DNA of 63,739 nucleotides, the filler included, from Deltaproteobacteria bacterium (GTDB lineage: Bacteria > Myxococcota > JACRCW01): the NCBI GenBank assembly GCA_016218805.1. It is 3 parts of 3 records of this genome, joined end to end, with 100 filler letters (N's around TTAATTAATTAA, not from the genome) between each part and the next. Parts side by side here need not be neighbours in the genome. Positions count along the whole stretch, not along the records: positions 30,202 to 55,696 come from JACRCW010000107.1; 2 more parts are not named here. One strand, given 5' to 3'. Each line of letters begins with the position of its first letter. The first letter of the stretch is position 1. Under the pieces are notes generated by a model. The model had not been told where the DNA came from, did not search any database, and saw nothing but the letters and a program-made list of their open reading frames with translations. Of the stretch, positions 32,527 to 42,871 are shown in pieces. The position numbers were made by a program, and so were the translations under genes.

Positions 32527-33120
32527 ATGGCCCTGACGGACGCCTCAGACGAAGAGCTCATGCTCCAGTACAAGACTGGAGCCGTGGCTGCGTTTGAGGA
32601 GTTGGTCCGGCGCCACCAGCGGCGGGTCTTCCACTTTGTCCTGCGGTCCCTCAGGAACCCGCAGGCGGCGGAGGATGCCTTGCAGGAAGTCTTCCTGCGC
32701 GTGGTCAGGAACGCCCCCGGTTACGAGCCGCGGGCCAAGTTCACGACGTGGCTGTTCACCATTGCGCGCAATCACTGCATTGACGAGTCCCGCAAGAACG
32801 CGTTCCGGCGCACGGAGAGCCTGGACGCGCCATTGTCTGACGAAGACGGCAGCGCCACCCGGCTGGACCGCGTGGCCGCGGGCACCGCCGGCGCGGACGA
32901 GAACACCGACGCGATGAAGATCCGCCGCGCCGTGGACGCCGCCCTGCACAAGCTGCCCGAGGAGCAGCGCGAGGTGTTCATCCTGCGGGAACACGCCGGG
33001 GTGCAGTTCAAGGAGATTGCCGAGATGACGGGCGTGCCGGAGAACACGGTGAAAAGCCGGATGCGGTACGCCATGGAGGGGATTCGGGCGCACCTGGTGA
33101 CGCTGGGCATCACGCCCTGA
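32527..33120 (+). CDS. ECF RNA polymerase sigma factor
   Basis: SDEELM, AEDALQEVF, FTTWLFTIARN, LPEEQREVFILR, TVKSR. Confidence 0.95.
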   Translation: MALTDASDEELMLQYKTGAVAAFEELVRRHQRRVFHFVLRSLRNPQAAEDALQEVFLRVVRNAPGYEPRAKFTTWLFTIARNHCIDESRKNAFRRTESLDAPLSDEDGSATRLDRVAAGTAGADENTDAMKIRRAVDAALHKLPEEQREVFILREHAGVQFKEIAEMTGVPENTVKSRMRYAMEGIRAHLVTLGITP

Positions 33121-33172
33121 AGCGGGCAGGTGCGCGCCGGAATGGGTATGTTGGGAAGGAGCTTTTGTTGTC

Positions 33173-35173
33173 ATGAGCTGTGAACGCCAGGCCGACACCC
33201 TCATGGGGTACCTCTACGGGGAACTGACACCCCCGGAGGCGGATGCGTTCCTTGCGCACGCCAAGACCTGCGCGTCCTGCGCGGAAGATCTCAAGGGCCT
33301 GGGCACCATGCGCGCCACCCTGGCGCGGGCCGCCCCCCTGCCCGACCCGCCTGCCGCCATCACCGCGCGCATCCTGGACGCCGCCCGGCAAGCCGTGCCG
33401 TCCCCGGGCGTGGTGACGTCCCAGGCGGCCGCGGCCAAGGCCCCAGGCGGGGGGCTGTTTGCGTGGCTGGCCAAGCCGTGGGCGTGGGGCGTGGTGGCCG
33501 CCGGCGCCGGCGCCGCTGCCCTGCTGACGGTGGGAATGCCCCGCAAGGAGATGCTGACGTCCGCCTCCGCGCCGGCCGCGGTGGCGGAAGACGGGTTGGC
33601 AACGCTGTCCACCAAGGCAGGAGCGAAACACACGGCGGACGGCCCCGCCCCCGCCGCCGCGCCGGCGCCCGCCGCGCCCGCTGCGCAGCCCGCGCTGGCC
33701 GGCGCCGCGGGGGACCAACCGGTGGAGGAGAAAGCGCCCCAGGCGGAGAACCTGCGCAGCGCGGTGCGCGGACAGGCGGTGGTTCGCGACGAGCGGATGA
33801 AGGCCGAGAAGCGGGCCATGGTGGCGCGCGACGACGACGCGCTGGCCCGCGAACCCGACCCGGACTGGGCCCAGGCGGGCAAGTCTGGCGGCGGCCGCGC
33901 GCTGGACCGCCGCGCGGATACCGGGTCCACGGCCGCGGCGGACGACGAGGGCGGGGAGTTCCTGGCCGGGAGGCAGCGCGGCGCCGCACGCCTGGAGGAG
34001 CGCAAGGGCGCCGCGGTGGCGGAGCTGGAGGCGCCTGCGGACGCCCAGGAGCAAAAGCCCGCCGCCGACAAGAAGAAGAATGAGGCGCCGGCGCCCGCCA
34101 AGTCCCCCCTGCTGCTGCTCCCCGTGGCACCGCGGAATGCCATGAAGGACCAGGCGAAGTCCGAAGAGGCCAACAAGGAAACGGCGCCCGGCGGCGCGTA
34201 CGGCGCTGCTGGCAACGTGGCCGCTGTGCCACCCGCGCCGGAACCCACCCAGCGCAAGCCCGCCACTGCCGCGGCACGCCCCCCGCCCGCGGAAGCCCCG
34301 CCCGCCGGGTCCGCGCAGTACATGGCCCCCGTTGGCGGAGAGCTGTCGCAGGACGCACTGGTGCTTCCCAAGGCCCGCCGCGAAGCGGAACGCTCCGCCG
34401 CCGCACCCGAGATCAAACAGGAGGCGCAGCGCCTCAAGAAGATGGACCACGCCCTCCGCGCCCAGACCGAGATGAGCATTGGCGCCGAAGCACTGGCCGG
34501 CGCGGATCCGCAAGCCGCCCTCCTGGCGTTCCGCCGCGCCGAACAACTGGACGCGCTGCAGGAACTGGCACCCAACCCCAAGGCCGGTCAGGCCACCGCC
34601 CTGGCGCGCATGGGACAGTGCGAAGACGCGCTGCAACTGGTGACGACGGTGGAGCGGTCCCACCCCGCGTTCAACCAGCTGCACGTGCACGTCCGGGAGA
34701 CCGCGAAGTGCTTTGAACGCAAAGGCAACGCGGACCGCGCCCGGCTGCTCACCGCCCGCGCTGACAAGCTGGAGAAGAAAGCCAGTGTGGACCCGGCTGT
34801 GCTCGCCACCCGCGCTGCCGGCGTCAACCGTGTGGTCCACACGGATGCATCACTGATGGAAGCCTGTGAAACCGCTGCCACCGCACGCGGCGAACTGCCC
34901 GCCGCTCAGGGCAACTGGACCATCCGCATCACGTTGGATGGAAAAGGAGCCCCCGTGGCGGTCGCGGCCAAAGGCCCGCGCAACGCACCCGTGCTGCGCA
35001 CCTGCCTGGAGTCGCGCGTGCGCGCCCTCAGGTTCCCCGCCGCGGAGATGTCCAAGCAGGAGGTTGACGTGGCGGTCGTGGCGCGCGCGAGACCGCGAGA
35101 CAATGCAGCGCCCGCCATGAAGGCCAAGAACGCCGCGCCTGCGCGTGAGGCGGATGCGGAAGCCGCGCACTGA
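33173..35173 (+). CDS. zf-HC2 anti-sigma factor with long periplasmic region (TPR-like and C-terminal beta domain)
   Basis: C..YLYGEL..HAKTCASC, TM, Ala/Pro-rich linker; directly after ECF gene. Confidence 0.8.
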   Translation: MSCERQADTLMGYLYGELTPPEADAFLAHAKTCASCAEDLKGLGTMRATLARAAPLPDPPAAITARILDAARQAVPSPGVVTSQAAAAKAPGGGLFAWLAKPWAWGVVAAGAGAAALLTVGMPRKEMLTSASAPAAVAEDGLATLSTKAGAKHTADGPAPAAAPAPAAPAAQPALAGAAGDQPVEEKAPQAENLRSAVRGQAVVRDERMKAEKRAMVARDDDALAREPDPDWAQAGKSGGGRALDRRADTGSTAAADDEGGEFLAGRQRGAARLEERKGAAVAELEAPADAQEQKPAADKKKNEAPAPAKSPLLLLPVAPRNAMKDQAKSEEANKETAPGGAYGAAGNVAAVPPAPEPTQRKPATAAARPPPAEAPPAGSAQYMAPVGGELSQDALVLPKARREAERSAAAPEIKQEAQRLKKMDHALRAQTEMSIGAEALAGADPQAALLAFRRAEQLDALQELAPNPKAGQATALARMGQCEDALQLVTTVERSHPAFNQLHVHVRETAKCFERKGNADRARLLTARADKLEKKASVDPAVLATRAAGVNRVVHTDASLMEACETAATARGELPAAQGNWTIRITLDGKGAPVAVAAKGPRNAPVLRTCLESRVRALRFPAAEMSKQEVDVAVVARARPRDNAAPAMKAKNAAPAREADAEAAH

Positions 35174-35211
35174 GCGCCCGGGGCATTGGTGAAGAGACGG
35201 TATGGGTCGGC

Positions 35212-35235
35212 GACCGGCGGGGACGCCGGTCCCAC
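35212..35235 (-). repeat. GTGG-type REP-like palindrome
   Basis: Minus strand GTGG-GACCGGCG-TCCC-CGCCGGTC. Confidence 0.55.
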
Positions 35236-35323
35236 AGCACCCGATGATGATGTGGTGTGGCCGCTTGTGGAGTGAATGAACCACCGATTGCGGACGCGCA
35301 ATTCGTCTGACAAGGTCCCGCGC

Positions 35324-37456
35324 ATGAGCCCCGTCGCCAACGTCGCCGTCCGCCTGCACCGCGATACCACCCCCGCCGCGCCCACCAGCCGCACCGCCGA
35401 AACCGAGCGCACACATGCCGCCGCCGCACCGGCCCCGCGCCGGGATACCGTTGATCACGGCAGCACCGCCAGCGCCGTCAGCGGCCGCCGCGGCTCACCC
35501 GCCTCCGGCAACGTGGTCCACACGCTCACCCAGCGCGCCGCGTTCAACGCCCTGGCCGGACGCGGCACCGGCGCCGGCGCCGCCGGCATGCCCGAAGTGA
35601 AGTTCATTTACGACCGGCAGACGAAACAACTCTATTTCATGCCCAAGCAGTTCCAGTATCACTATGAATTCGCTTCCAAGGTGCTCGGCTACGCCAAGGA
35701 CGTGGAACACTTCAACCGCGAGGCATACATCGACCCTGACCGGCGGTTCGTCCCCGGCACGCTCACGGCCTACGACCACTTTGAGAACGGGCAGGGAAGA
35801 AAAGGCGTGTTTGGCATGAGCTTCTGGTCCACCGACCCCGTGCGCGCTCCGCTCATCAAGGAGGCCTTCACCGCGCTGCAGGGCGGCCTGCCGTTTGCCA
35901 AGGACAAGCTGGTCTATCACCCCGGCGGAAACACCCAGGAGCATCTCCTGCAGAAGGACTCCAGCGCCGACGCCAAGTCGCTCAAGGCCGCGGGCATTGG
36001 CGTGCTTTCAAACGCGGAACTCGCCTCCCACTTCAGCTTCATGGCGCTCAACCCGGGGAAGAGCTTTGGCACGCTGCGCATCATGAAGGGCACCGGCGAA
36101 GGCCAGCCGCCTCCCACCCACGGCGACATCTGTATCTACGAGGACATCCCCGCCACCCTGCCCCCCATGGCCGGCGTCATCACCCCAAAACCGCAGACGT
36201 ACCTCTCCCACGTGGCACTCAAGGCCCGCCAGGACGACACGCCGTACGCGTACGCGCGCGACATCCTCAAGGACCCCGCCGTGAAGAGGCTGGCCGGGAA
36301 GGTGGTCAGCCTGGAGGTCACCGCCGACGGGTACAAGGTCAAGGCCGCCACCGCGAAGGAAGCCAAAACGTACCTGCAATCCCTCCGCCCCAAGAAGGCG
36401 CAGGAACTCAAGTCCGACCTCACCCGCAAGGCCACGCTGTCACTGGACAAGCTCAGTCACGCCGACGCCAGCGCGTACGGCAGCAAGACCGTCAACGTGG
36501 CGGAGCTGGCCAAGCTGTACAAGTCCGGCGCACTCAACGTGAACGGTCCGGGCGAACCCGAGGTGATTGCCCCCGACGGGTTTGGCCTCCCCGCCAGCAT
36601 GTATGACGCGTTCATGAAGACCGCCAAGTTCAACGCGACCCAGACCTTTGATGAGCGCCTCACCGAGATGCTGGCCGACCCGGACTTCAAGAAGAGCCCC
36701 GCCAAGCGCGAGAAGATGCTGGACGACTTCCGCGAGGCAATTGAAGACGCGGAAATGCCGCGCGCCGTGGCCGCGCAGGTGAAGGAGCTGGAGACCAAGT
36801 GGAAGGCCAAGTTCGGCAACGCCAACATGCGCATCCGTTCCAGCTCGGACAGCGAAGACCTGGTGGGGTTCAACGGCGCGGGCCTGTTTGACAGCTATAC
36901 GTTCCGCTGGGAAGACGCCCAACGCGAGGGACGCGGACTGGATGACCGCATCCGCAAGGTGTTTGCCTCCGTGTGGAACGCGCGCGCATTCAGCGAGTTT
37001 GACTTCTACCGGGTCAACCCGCACAGCGTGAAGATGGCCGAACTGGTGGTCCCCAACACCGACGACGAGAAGGCCAATGGCGTGGTGCGCTGGGGCGGCG
37101 CCATCCCCGGCTGGGACACCATGTCCCTCAACGCGCAGGTGGGCGAAAACCTGGTCACCAACCCGGACGGAGGGGTCACCCCGGACGCGGTCGTTGTCGG
37201 CAATTACGGGATTGACACGTTTGAGCCGGAAATCCAGTACGAGGCCAACACCAACCAGCGCATTCCCAACGGCCGCAAACACGTCCTCACCGACGGGGAA
37301 ATCCGCGCGCTGTTCAAGGCCATGAAGGTCATCCAGGAGCACTTCGCCAGGCTCTACCACCGCGAAGGCGACCCCACGTTCAACATTGAATGCGAGTTCA
37401 AGATCACCAAGGAAGGCAAGCTGCTCATCAAGCAGGCCCGCCCCTGGGTGGAGTGA
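35324..37456 (+). CDS. PEP/pyruvate-binding (PPDK N-terminal, ATP-grasp) domain protein
   Basis: YGSK..N.AEL, PDGF, RIRSSSDSEDLVGFNGAGLFDS, VFASVWN, ECEF, KQARP. Confidence 0.82.
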   Translation: MSPVANVAVRLHRDTTPAAPTSRTAETERTHAAAAPAPRRDTVDHGSTASAVSGRRGSPASGNVVHTLTQRAAFNALAGRGTGAGAAGMPEVKFIYDRQTKQLYFMPKQFQYHYEFASKVLGYAKDVEHFNREAYIDPDRRFVPGTLTAYDHFENGQGRKGVFGMSFWSTDPVRAPLIKEAFTALQGGLPFAKDKLVYHPGGNTQEHLLQKDSSADAKSLKAAGIGVLSNAELASHFSFMALNPGKSFGTLRIMKGTGEGQPPPTHGDICIYEDIPATLPPMAGVITPKPQTYLSHVALKARQDDTPYAYARDILKDPAVKRLAGKVVSLEVTADGYKVKAATAKEAKTYLQSLRPKKAQELKSDLTRKATLSLDKLSHADASAYGSKTVNVAELAKLYKSGALNVNGPGEPEVIAPDGFGLPASMYDAFMKTAKFNATQTFDERLTEMLADPDFKKSPAKREKMLDDFREAIEDAEMPRAVAAQVKELETKWKAKFGNANMRIRSSSDSEDLVGFNGAGLFDSYTFRWEDAQREGRGLDDRIRKVFASVWNARAFSEFDFYRVNPHSVKMAELVVPNTDDEKANGVVRWGGAIPGWDTMSLNAQVGENLVTNPDGGVTPDAVVVGNYGIDTFEPEIQYEANTNQRIPNGRKHVLTDGEIRALFKAMKVIQEHFARLYHREGDPTFNIECEFKITKEGKLLIKQARPWVE

Positions 37457-37467
37457 GCCCGGCGCCC

Positions 37468-38652
37468 TCAACGGGAACGGCGCCCCTTGGGCTCCGCGGA
37501 CCGGGGCATCTGCAGCGTCTTCACCAACTCCTTGCGGTTCTTCTCCACCTCCGCCTGCAACAACGCCACGGCCTGGTCACGGCGGTCATACAGCCGCTTG
37601 TGCTTGCGCTTGATGGACGCGTCCGACAGCAGCGCGTAGGTCAGCCACGGAAACACAGCCGTCACGTCGGTGTGCACATACATGCTGCCGCGCTCCACCG
37701 CGTCCACGCTCACCTTGCCCCAGGTATGCCCCTCCCCCGCCGGACAACTGGACAGCGCCCCGTTGTCCACCGGGTCCACGCAGAACTGCACGTCAACATC
37801 GAACCCGTCCGTGCGCACGTTCAGGATCTGGTCCAGCAACGGCTCGCCCTGCAGCGTGTAGTTCTTGGGCACGCCGCCCCCCAGGATCCAGATGGCCAGC
37901 TTCTTGTTGAAGTGCTTGCGCGCATAGAACTGCATCGCGCCCATCTCAAAGACGTCGTCGTTGATGTCAATGTCCAACCGGAACCGGTCACCCATCAGCC
38001 GCTTCAACTTCACCATGTTGAGGAAGATGGACCCGTCCTGCACCGCGCCCACAAAGATGGGCACCCCGGTGCGGTACGCCGTGGCCAGCAGCGTGGGGTC
38101 CTTCACCCCCAGCGCTTCCTCGATCTTGGCCACCTCGCGCCCCAGCAGGTGGTGCAGTTCCGTCGTGGTCATCCGCTTCTGGAAGTCCGGCTCCCGCAGG
38201 ATGGCGGAGAACAGCATGTCCGTGTCCAGCAGCGCTTCCTCCCAGAAACCCAGGTCATAGATCCGGATGATGCGCGCCAGCCGCAGCTGCAGGTCACCCG
38301 CATCCGGACGGATTTCCCGGATCTGGTGGCCAATGATGCGGTGCGCGTCATGGTACAGGTTGGCGCCGGTGGTGGTGAGCACGTCCACCAGGCCACGCTG
38401 CATCAACGGAATGATGCAGGAGCGGTGCAGCCCGGCCGGCGTCATGGCGCCGGACAGCGTCATGAAGATGGAGTGGCCCTCGCGCGCGCTCAGGTCCATC
38501 AGGTCAAACGCGGTGCGTTCCTGGCGGCCCACGTACGCGGGAAACGCGTTGCGGATGATGTCGCGCGGCTTCTCACGGCCGGTGATGGCGACGGGGATGA
38601 CGTTGCGGGCCTGATCGAATTCGGCCCTGAGCGACTTGCGCGGGCTGGACAT
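37468..38652 (-). CDS. Deoxyhypusine synthase-like protein (SpeY-like)
   Basis: LSGAMTPAG, TTGANLYHD, RIYD, GGGVPKN, GALSS, EGHTWGKV with catalytic Lys. Confidence 0.92.
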   Translation of the reverse strand: MSSPRKSLRAEFDQARNVIPVAITGREKPRDIIRNAFPAYVGRQERTAFDLMDLSAREGHSIFMTLSGAMTPAGLHRSCIIPLMQRGLVDVLTTTGANLYHDAHRIIGHQIREIRPDAGDLQLRLARIIRIYDLGFWEEALLDTDMLFSAILREPDFQKRMTTTELHHLLGREVAKIEEALGVKDPTLLATAYRTGVPIFVGAVQDGSIFLNMVKLKRLMGDRFRLDIDINDDVFEMGAMQFYARKHFNKKLAIWILGGGVPKNYTLQGEPLLDQILNVRTDGFDVDVQFCVDPVDNGALSSCPAGEGHTWGKVSVDAVERGSMYVHTDVTAVFPWLTYALLSDASIKRKHKRLYDRRDQAVALLQAEVEKNRKELVKTLQMPRSAEPKGRRSR

Positions 38653-38675
38653 GAGGGTTCTCCGTCAATGCGCCG

Positions 38676-39557
38676 TCAGCGGAGCAGCAGCGCGTAGCCA
38701 ATGAGCTTGTAGGCGAGCCGCGTGGCGAGGATCTCCGAGGCGGGCTGGCCGGGGATGGGCGTCAGTTCATGGATGTCCGCGCCCACGATGCGACGCTTCT
38801 CCCCCACGCGCCGCAGCATGTGCGCCACCAGGTACCAATCCAGTCCGCCGGGAACCGGGCGCGCGGTGGCGGGCACGCTGGACGGATCAAACACGCTCAC
38901 ATCCACGGAGACGTAGACCTCGTCGTGGAGCGTCTCCAACAGGCGGTCCAACCAGTCAAACCGGCCCGCAATGTCCCGCGCCAGGAACGGGCGCAGGCCC
39001 TTTTCCTCCACGTAGCGGAACTCCTCTTCGCAGAAGCTGCGGGTGCCTACCTGCGTGAGGTGCAGCCCCATGGATTCATGCACCTGCCGGGCAACGCACA
39101 TGTGGTGGAACGCCGTCCCCTGGTACTCCGGCCGCAGGTCCAGGTGCGCGTCCAGGTGCAGCACCGTCATCTGCGGGTAGCGCTCGGCCACCGCCTTGAT
39201 GGGCCCCAGGGCCACGGTGCCCTCGCCGCCCAGCGTGAGCAGGAAGCGGTCCGCCTGCACCACGGCCTGCGCGGCTTCATGGCAGCGCGCCACCATGAAC
39301 TGGCTGCCGCGCATGTCCGGCTCCAGCTCCTCCATGGTGCAGATGCCCACGCTGGAGGCCACGTCGACGAGGAGTTCCTCGTCAAACAGCTCAATATGCC
39401 GGCTGTGCTGGATGATGGCGGATGGGCCGTGGCGGCTGCCGGGCTGGATGTTGCTGGTGCCGTCATACGGGACGGGGAGCACGGCCACCTTGGCGGACTC
39501 CCACGACGCGAGCTCCGGGGACAGGCCGCCGAAGTTGAATGGAAGGGTCTGCATCAT
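38676..39557 (-). CDS. Agmatinase-like ureohydrolase with altered metal ligands
   Basis: PVPYDGT, GSRHGP, DAHLD, QVGTRS, PGGL, GADIHELTP; but GGEGT and DVS replace GGEHS and DxD. Confidence 0.85.
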   Translation of the reverse strand: MMQTLPFNFGGLSPELASWESAKVAVLPVPYDGTSNIQPGSRHGPSAIIQHSRHIELFDEELLVDVASSVGICTMEELEPDMRGSQFMVARCHEAAQAVVQADRFLLTLGGEGTVALGPIKAVAERYPQMTVLHLDAHLDLRPEYQGTAFHHMCVARQVHESMGLHLTQVGTRSFCEEEFRYVEEKGLRPFLARDIAGRFDWLDRLLETLHDEVYVSVDVSVFDPSSVPATARPVPGGLDWYLVAHMLRRVGEKRRIVGADIHELTPIPGQPASEILATRLAYKLIGYALLLR

Positions 39558-39651
39558 GGGCGCGGGACCCTAGCACCGGTCCGTACGGCGGGGGACTGGA
39601 CCCTCCGCGCCGCGCGTGGAATGAGGAGGCCGTCCAACCGGAGGTCTCCCC

Positions 39652-41076
39652 ATGCGCCCCCTGCTGCCCACCCTCATCGCCAGCGCTGTCCTGTTTGCCT
39701 GGGCCGGCTGCCCCAAGCCGGACGGTGGTGGCGGATCCTCCACGTCGTCATCTGGCGGGAGCGGCACGTCCGGTACGTCCGGCAACACGGGGTTTGACGC
39801 CGGGCTGACCGCCAACGGGTGCATCCGTGACCAGGACTGCAGCCCGCGGCGCATCTGCGGTGACGACGGCGGGTGCACGGAGGGGATGCGCTGCACCTCC
39901 ACGCCGGAGTGCGACTGCGAGCAGGGCAGCGGCGTGCTGTGCGGGTTCTTTGGCCGCGCCTACTGCGACACGCCCGCGGGCGGCGTGTGCCGGCGCACGC
40001 TGAGTTCGTGCGAGCCGTGCACGACGGACGACCAGTGCGGCGAGAACATCCAGCTGGGGATCAACAACCATTGCATCTCTTACGCGGGCGGACAGAAGTA
40101 TTGCGGGCTGGCGTGTTCGGGGAGCGCGTGTTCGCAGGGGTTCCAGTGCACCGCACCGGCGGGCGGGGCGTGCAGCACCACCACGGGTGAGTGCGGCTGC
40201 AAGGTGGCGGACGCGCTGGGCACGTGCGCGGGCGCGCTCACCTGCATGGCGGATTCCGAGTGCCCCGACGGACAGCACTGCACCACGCGCGAGGCCAACC
40301 CGCCGCGCCGGGGCGTGTGCCTCCCCTTCTGCCTCTCCGACGAGGAATGCCCGCAGGGGAAGATCTGCCAGACGCAGCCGGGGCCCAACTTTGGCGTGTG
40401 CATCACCGGCTGCACGCCGGGCCAGACCGGCTCCAACGGCACCATCTGCCATGGCTGGGGACGGTTGGGGAATCCGTGTCCCACGGTGGCATGCCCCACC
40501 GGCTACGAATGCACCTCCACGACGAGCGGCTACTGCGACATGGCCGGCTGCCAGTCCGACAACGAGTGCCCGCTGTCACGCACCATCTGCGACCTGGGCA
40601 CGCACCAGTGCGTGGAAGGCTGCCGCACGGAGGCGGATTGCGGCGCGTTTGAGCTGTGCACGGGCGGCGCGTGCGTGCCACAGGGATGCCGCGGCAAGAA
40701 CCTGTCCTGCAACATGGGCCAGTTCTGCTGCGGCAAGGAGCTGTATGACCCGGCAGCAGCGGGCGGCCAGGCGTGCCCGTCCGGCGTGACCACGGGGCAG
40801 TGCTTCAACTTCACCGATCCGTTCTGCCGCAAGTGCGAGGACGACAACGGTTGCGCGGACATCACGTCCTTTGGCGAGACCAGCCACTGTTACGAACTGC
40901 AGCAGAACGAGGCGGATGGTGGCACGCGCAGCCTGGGCAAGTACTGCTCAGTGGGCTGCCGCACGTCAGACGACTGCCCGCGCGGCATTGTGTGTCACGC
41001 TGATCTGCCAGCGGGCCAGAACGGTGAGACCGCCAAGGGCTGCATTGACGCGATTTGCGCTGCTTACAACCCGTGA
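39652..41076 (+). CDS. Cysteine-rich repeat lipoprotein
   Basis: WAGC lipobox, Ser/Gly linker, many C-x-x-D-x-D/E-C units. Confidence 0.8.
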   Translation: MRPLLPTLIASAVLFAWAGCPKPDGGGGSSTSSSGGSGTSGTSGNTGFDAGLTANGCIRDQDCSPRRICGDDGGCTEGMRCTSTPECDCEQGSGVLCGFFGRAYCDTPAGGVCRRTLSSCEPCTTDDQCGENIQLGINNHCISYAGGQKYCGLACSGSACSQGFQCTAPAGGACSTTTGECGCKVADALGTCAGALTCMADSECPDGQHCTTREANPPRRGVCLPFCLSDEECPQGKICQTQPGPNFGVCITGCTPGQTGSNGTICHGWGRLGNPCPTVACPTGYECTSTTSGYCDMAGCQSDNECPLSRTICDLGTHQCVEGCRTEADCGAFELCTGGACVPQGCRGKNLSCNMGQFCCGKELYDPAAAGGQACPSGVTTGQCFNFTDPFCRKCEDDNGCADITSFGETSHCYELQQNEADGGTRSLGKYCSVGCRTSDDCPRGIVCHADLPAGQNGETAKGCIDAICAAYNP

Positions 41077-41083
41077 CTGGACC

Positions 41084-42871
41084 ATGGCATCCGCGAACAA
41101 CCGCCGGACGCTGCGGGGCGTGCTGTACCCGTACCGCTGGCGAATGCTCGTGGGGTTTGCCTGGCTGATGGCCACCAACGCGGCGGCGCTGTGGGCCCCG
41201 CGGCTGCTCAATGAGGGCGTGGAGATGTTGCGCGCGGGCCGGCCGTGGCGCGCGGTGTGGCCGCACGCGGTGCTGATGGCGGCGGTGGCGGTGGCCGGCG
41301 CGATCACGCGCGTGGCGTCACGCATCAGCGTGTTCAACGTGGGGCGTGACGTGGAATACACGCTGCGCAGCGACGTGTACCGCGCGCTGTCACGCCAGGC
41401 ACCGGACTGGTTTGCGTCCTTCCCGTCAGGCGATCTGATGACGCGCGCGACGAGCGACCTCTCCAACGTGCGCCTGCTGTTCGGTTTCACGCTGCTCAAC
41501 GCGGTGAACACGCTGGTGGTGTTTGCCGGGACGCTGCCGCTGTTGTGGGGGCTGGACCCGGTGCTCGCCGTGGCGTGCCTGGTGCCCTACCCCGTGGTGT
41601 TCCTGGCGGCGCGCGGGGTGTCACGCCGCGTGTTTGCGCAGACGCGGGAGAACCAGGCGGACCTTTCCGAGGTGGGCGCGCGGGTGCAGGAGTTCCTGGG
41701 GGGGCTGCCGGTGGTTCGCGCGTTTGCGGCGGAGGACCACGAGCACGCGCGCTTCACCGCGGCGACGCAGAAGTACTACGCGTCCGGCGTGCGGCTGGCG
41801 GTCACGCGCAACCTGTTTGGCCCGGTGATGGGCGTGCTGGGAGCGGCCAGCGCGTTGGTGGCGTTGTGGTACGGCGCGTTGCGCGTGCTGGACGGGCACC
41901 TGACGGTGGGCGGGCTGGTGGAGTTCAACACGCGTGTGGCGCTGCTGGCGTGGCCCACACTGGCACTGGGCTGGTTGCTGGCCGTGTACCAGCGCGGGCG
42001 CGCGTCGCTGGAGCGGTTGAATGACGTGCTGAGCGCGGTGCCGGCCATCCGCGATCCGGAGCATCCGGTGGACGTGGCGCCCGCGGGTGGCGCGCTGCGG
42101 CTGGAGGGCGTGGGCGTGCGGCGCGGCGCGGCGGATGACGCGGGGGCCCGGTGGACCCTGCACGGCGTGGACCTGGACCTGCCGGCGCGTGGGTTTGTGG
42201 GCATTGTGGGCGCAACCGGCAGCGGAAAGAGCACGCTGGCCATGCTGGTGCCGCGGCTGGTGGACGTCACCGCGGGGCGCGTCCTGGTTGACGGCGTGGA
42301 CGTGCGCGAACAGCCGCTGATGGTGGTCCGGCGCCGCGTGGCGGTGGCGTCACAGGAAGCGTTCCTGTTCTCCGCCACGGTGCTGGACAACATCCGGTTT
42401 GGGCGCCCGGACGCGGGTGAAGCGGAGGTGGAGACGCTGCTGGATGCGGTGGCCATGCGGCAGGACATCACGGCGCTGCCGCAGGGGATTCACACTGTCG
42501 TCGGGGAGAAGGGGATCACGCTGAGTGGCGGGCAGCGGCAACGCGTGGCGCTGGCGCGGGCGTTGTTGTGCGCGCCGGAGATCCTGGTGCTGGATGACAC
42601 GGTGAGCGCGGTGGATTCGGAGACGGAGCAGCGCATGCTGGCCGCGCTGCGGTCTGAGGCCGGCCGGCGCACGCTGGTGGTGACGTCCCACCGCCTGTCC
42701 GCCGTGAAAGACGCGGATGAGATCCTGGTGCTGGACGGCGGTGCCGTGGTGGAGCGCGGGAAGCATGACGCGCTGCTGGCGCGCAATGGCCGCTACGCCG
42801 CACTGTGGGGCCGCGAACGCGTGCTTGAAGAACTTACGCGCATGGAGCGCGATCTCGGAGGTGCCGCGTGA
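41084..42871 (+). CDS. ABC exporter, fused permease/ATPase, subunit 1
   Basis: TMD (GDLMTRATSD), GATGSGKST, LSGGQRQR, LDD..SAVD, SHRLS. Confidence 0.95.
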   Translation: MASANNRRTLRGVLYPYRWRMLVGFAWLMATNAAALWAPRLLNEGVEMLRAGRPWRAVWPHAVLMAAVAVAGAITRVASRISVFNVGRDVEYTLRSDVYRALSRQAPDWFASFPSGDLMTRATSDLSNVRLLFGFTLLNAVNTLVVFAGTLPLLWGLDPVLAVACLVPYPVVFLAARGVSRRVFAQTRENQADLSEVGARVQEFLGGLPVVRAFAAEDHEHARFTAATQKYYASGVRLAVTRNLFGPVMGVLGAASALVALWYGALRVLDGHLTVGGLVEFNTRVALLAWPTLALGWLLAVYQRGRASLERLNDVLSAVPAIRDPEHPVDVAPAGGALRLEGVGVRRGAADDAGARWTLHGVDLDLPARGFVGIVGATGSGKSTLAMLVPRLVDVTAGRVLVDGVDVREQPLMVVRRRVAVASQEAFLFSATVLDNIRFGRPDAGEAEVETLLDAVAMRQDITALPQGIHTVVGEKGITLSGGQRQRVALARALLCAPEILVLDDTVSAVDSETEQRMLAALRSEAGRRTLVVTSHRLSAVKDADEILVLDGGAVVERGKHDALLARNGRYAALWGRERVLEELTRMERDLGGAA

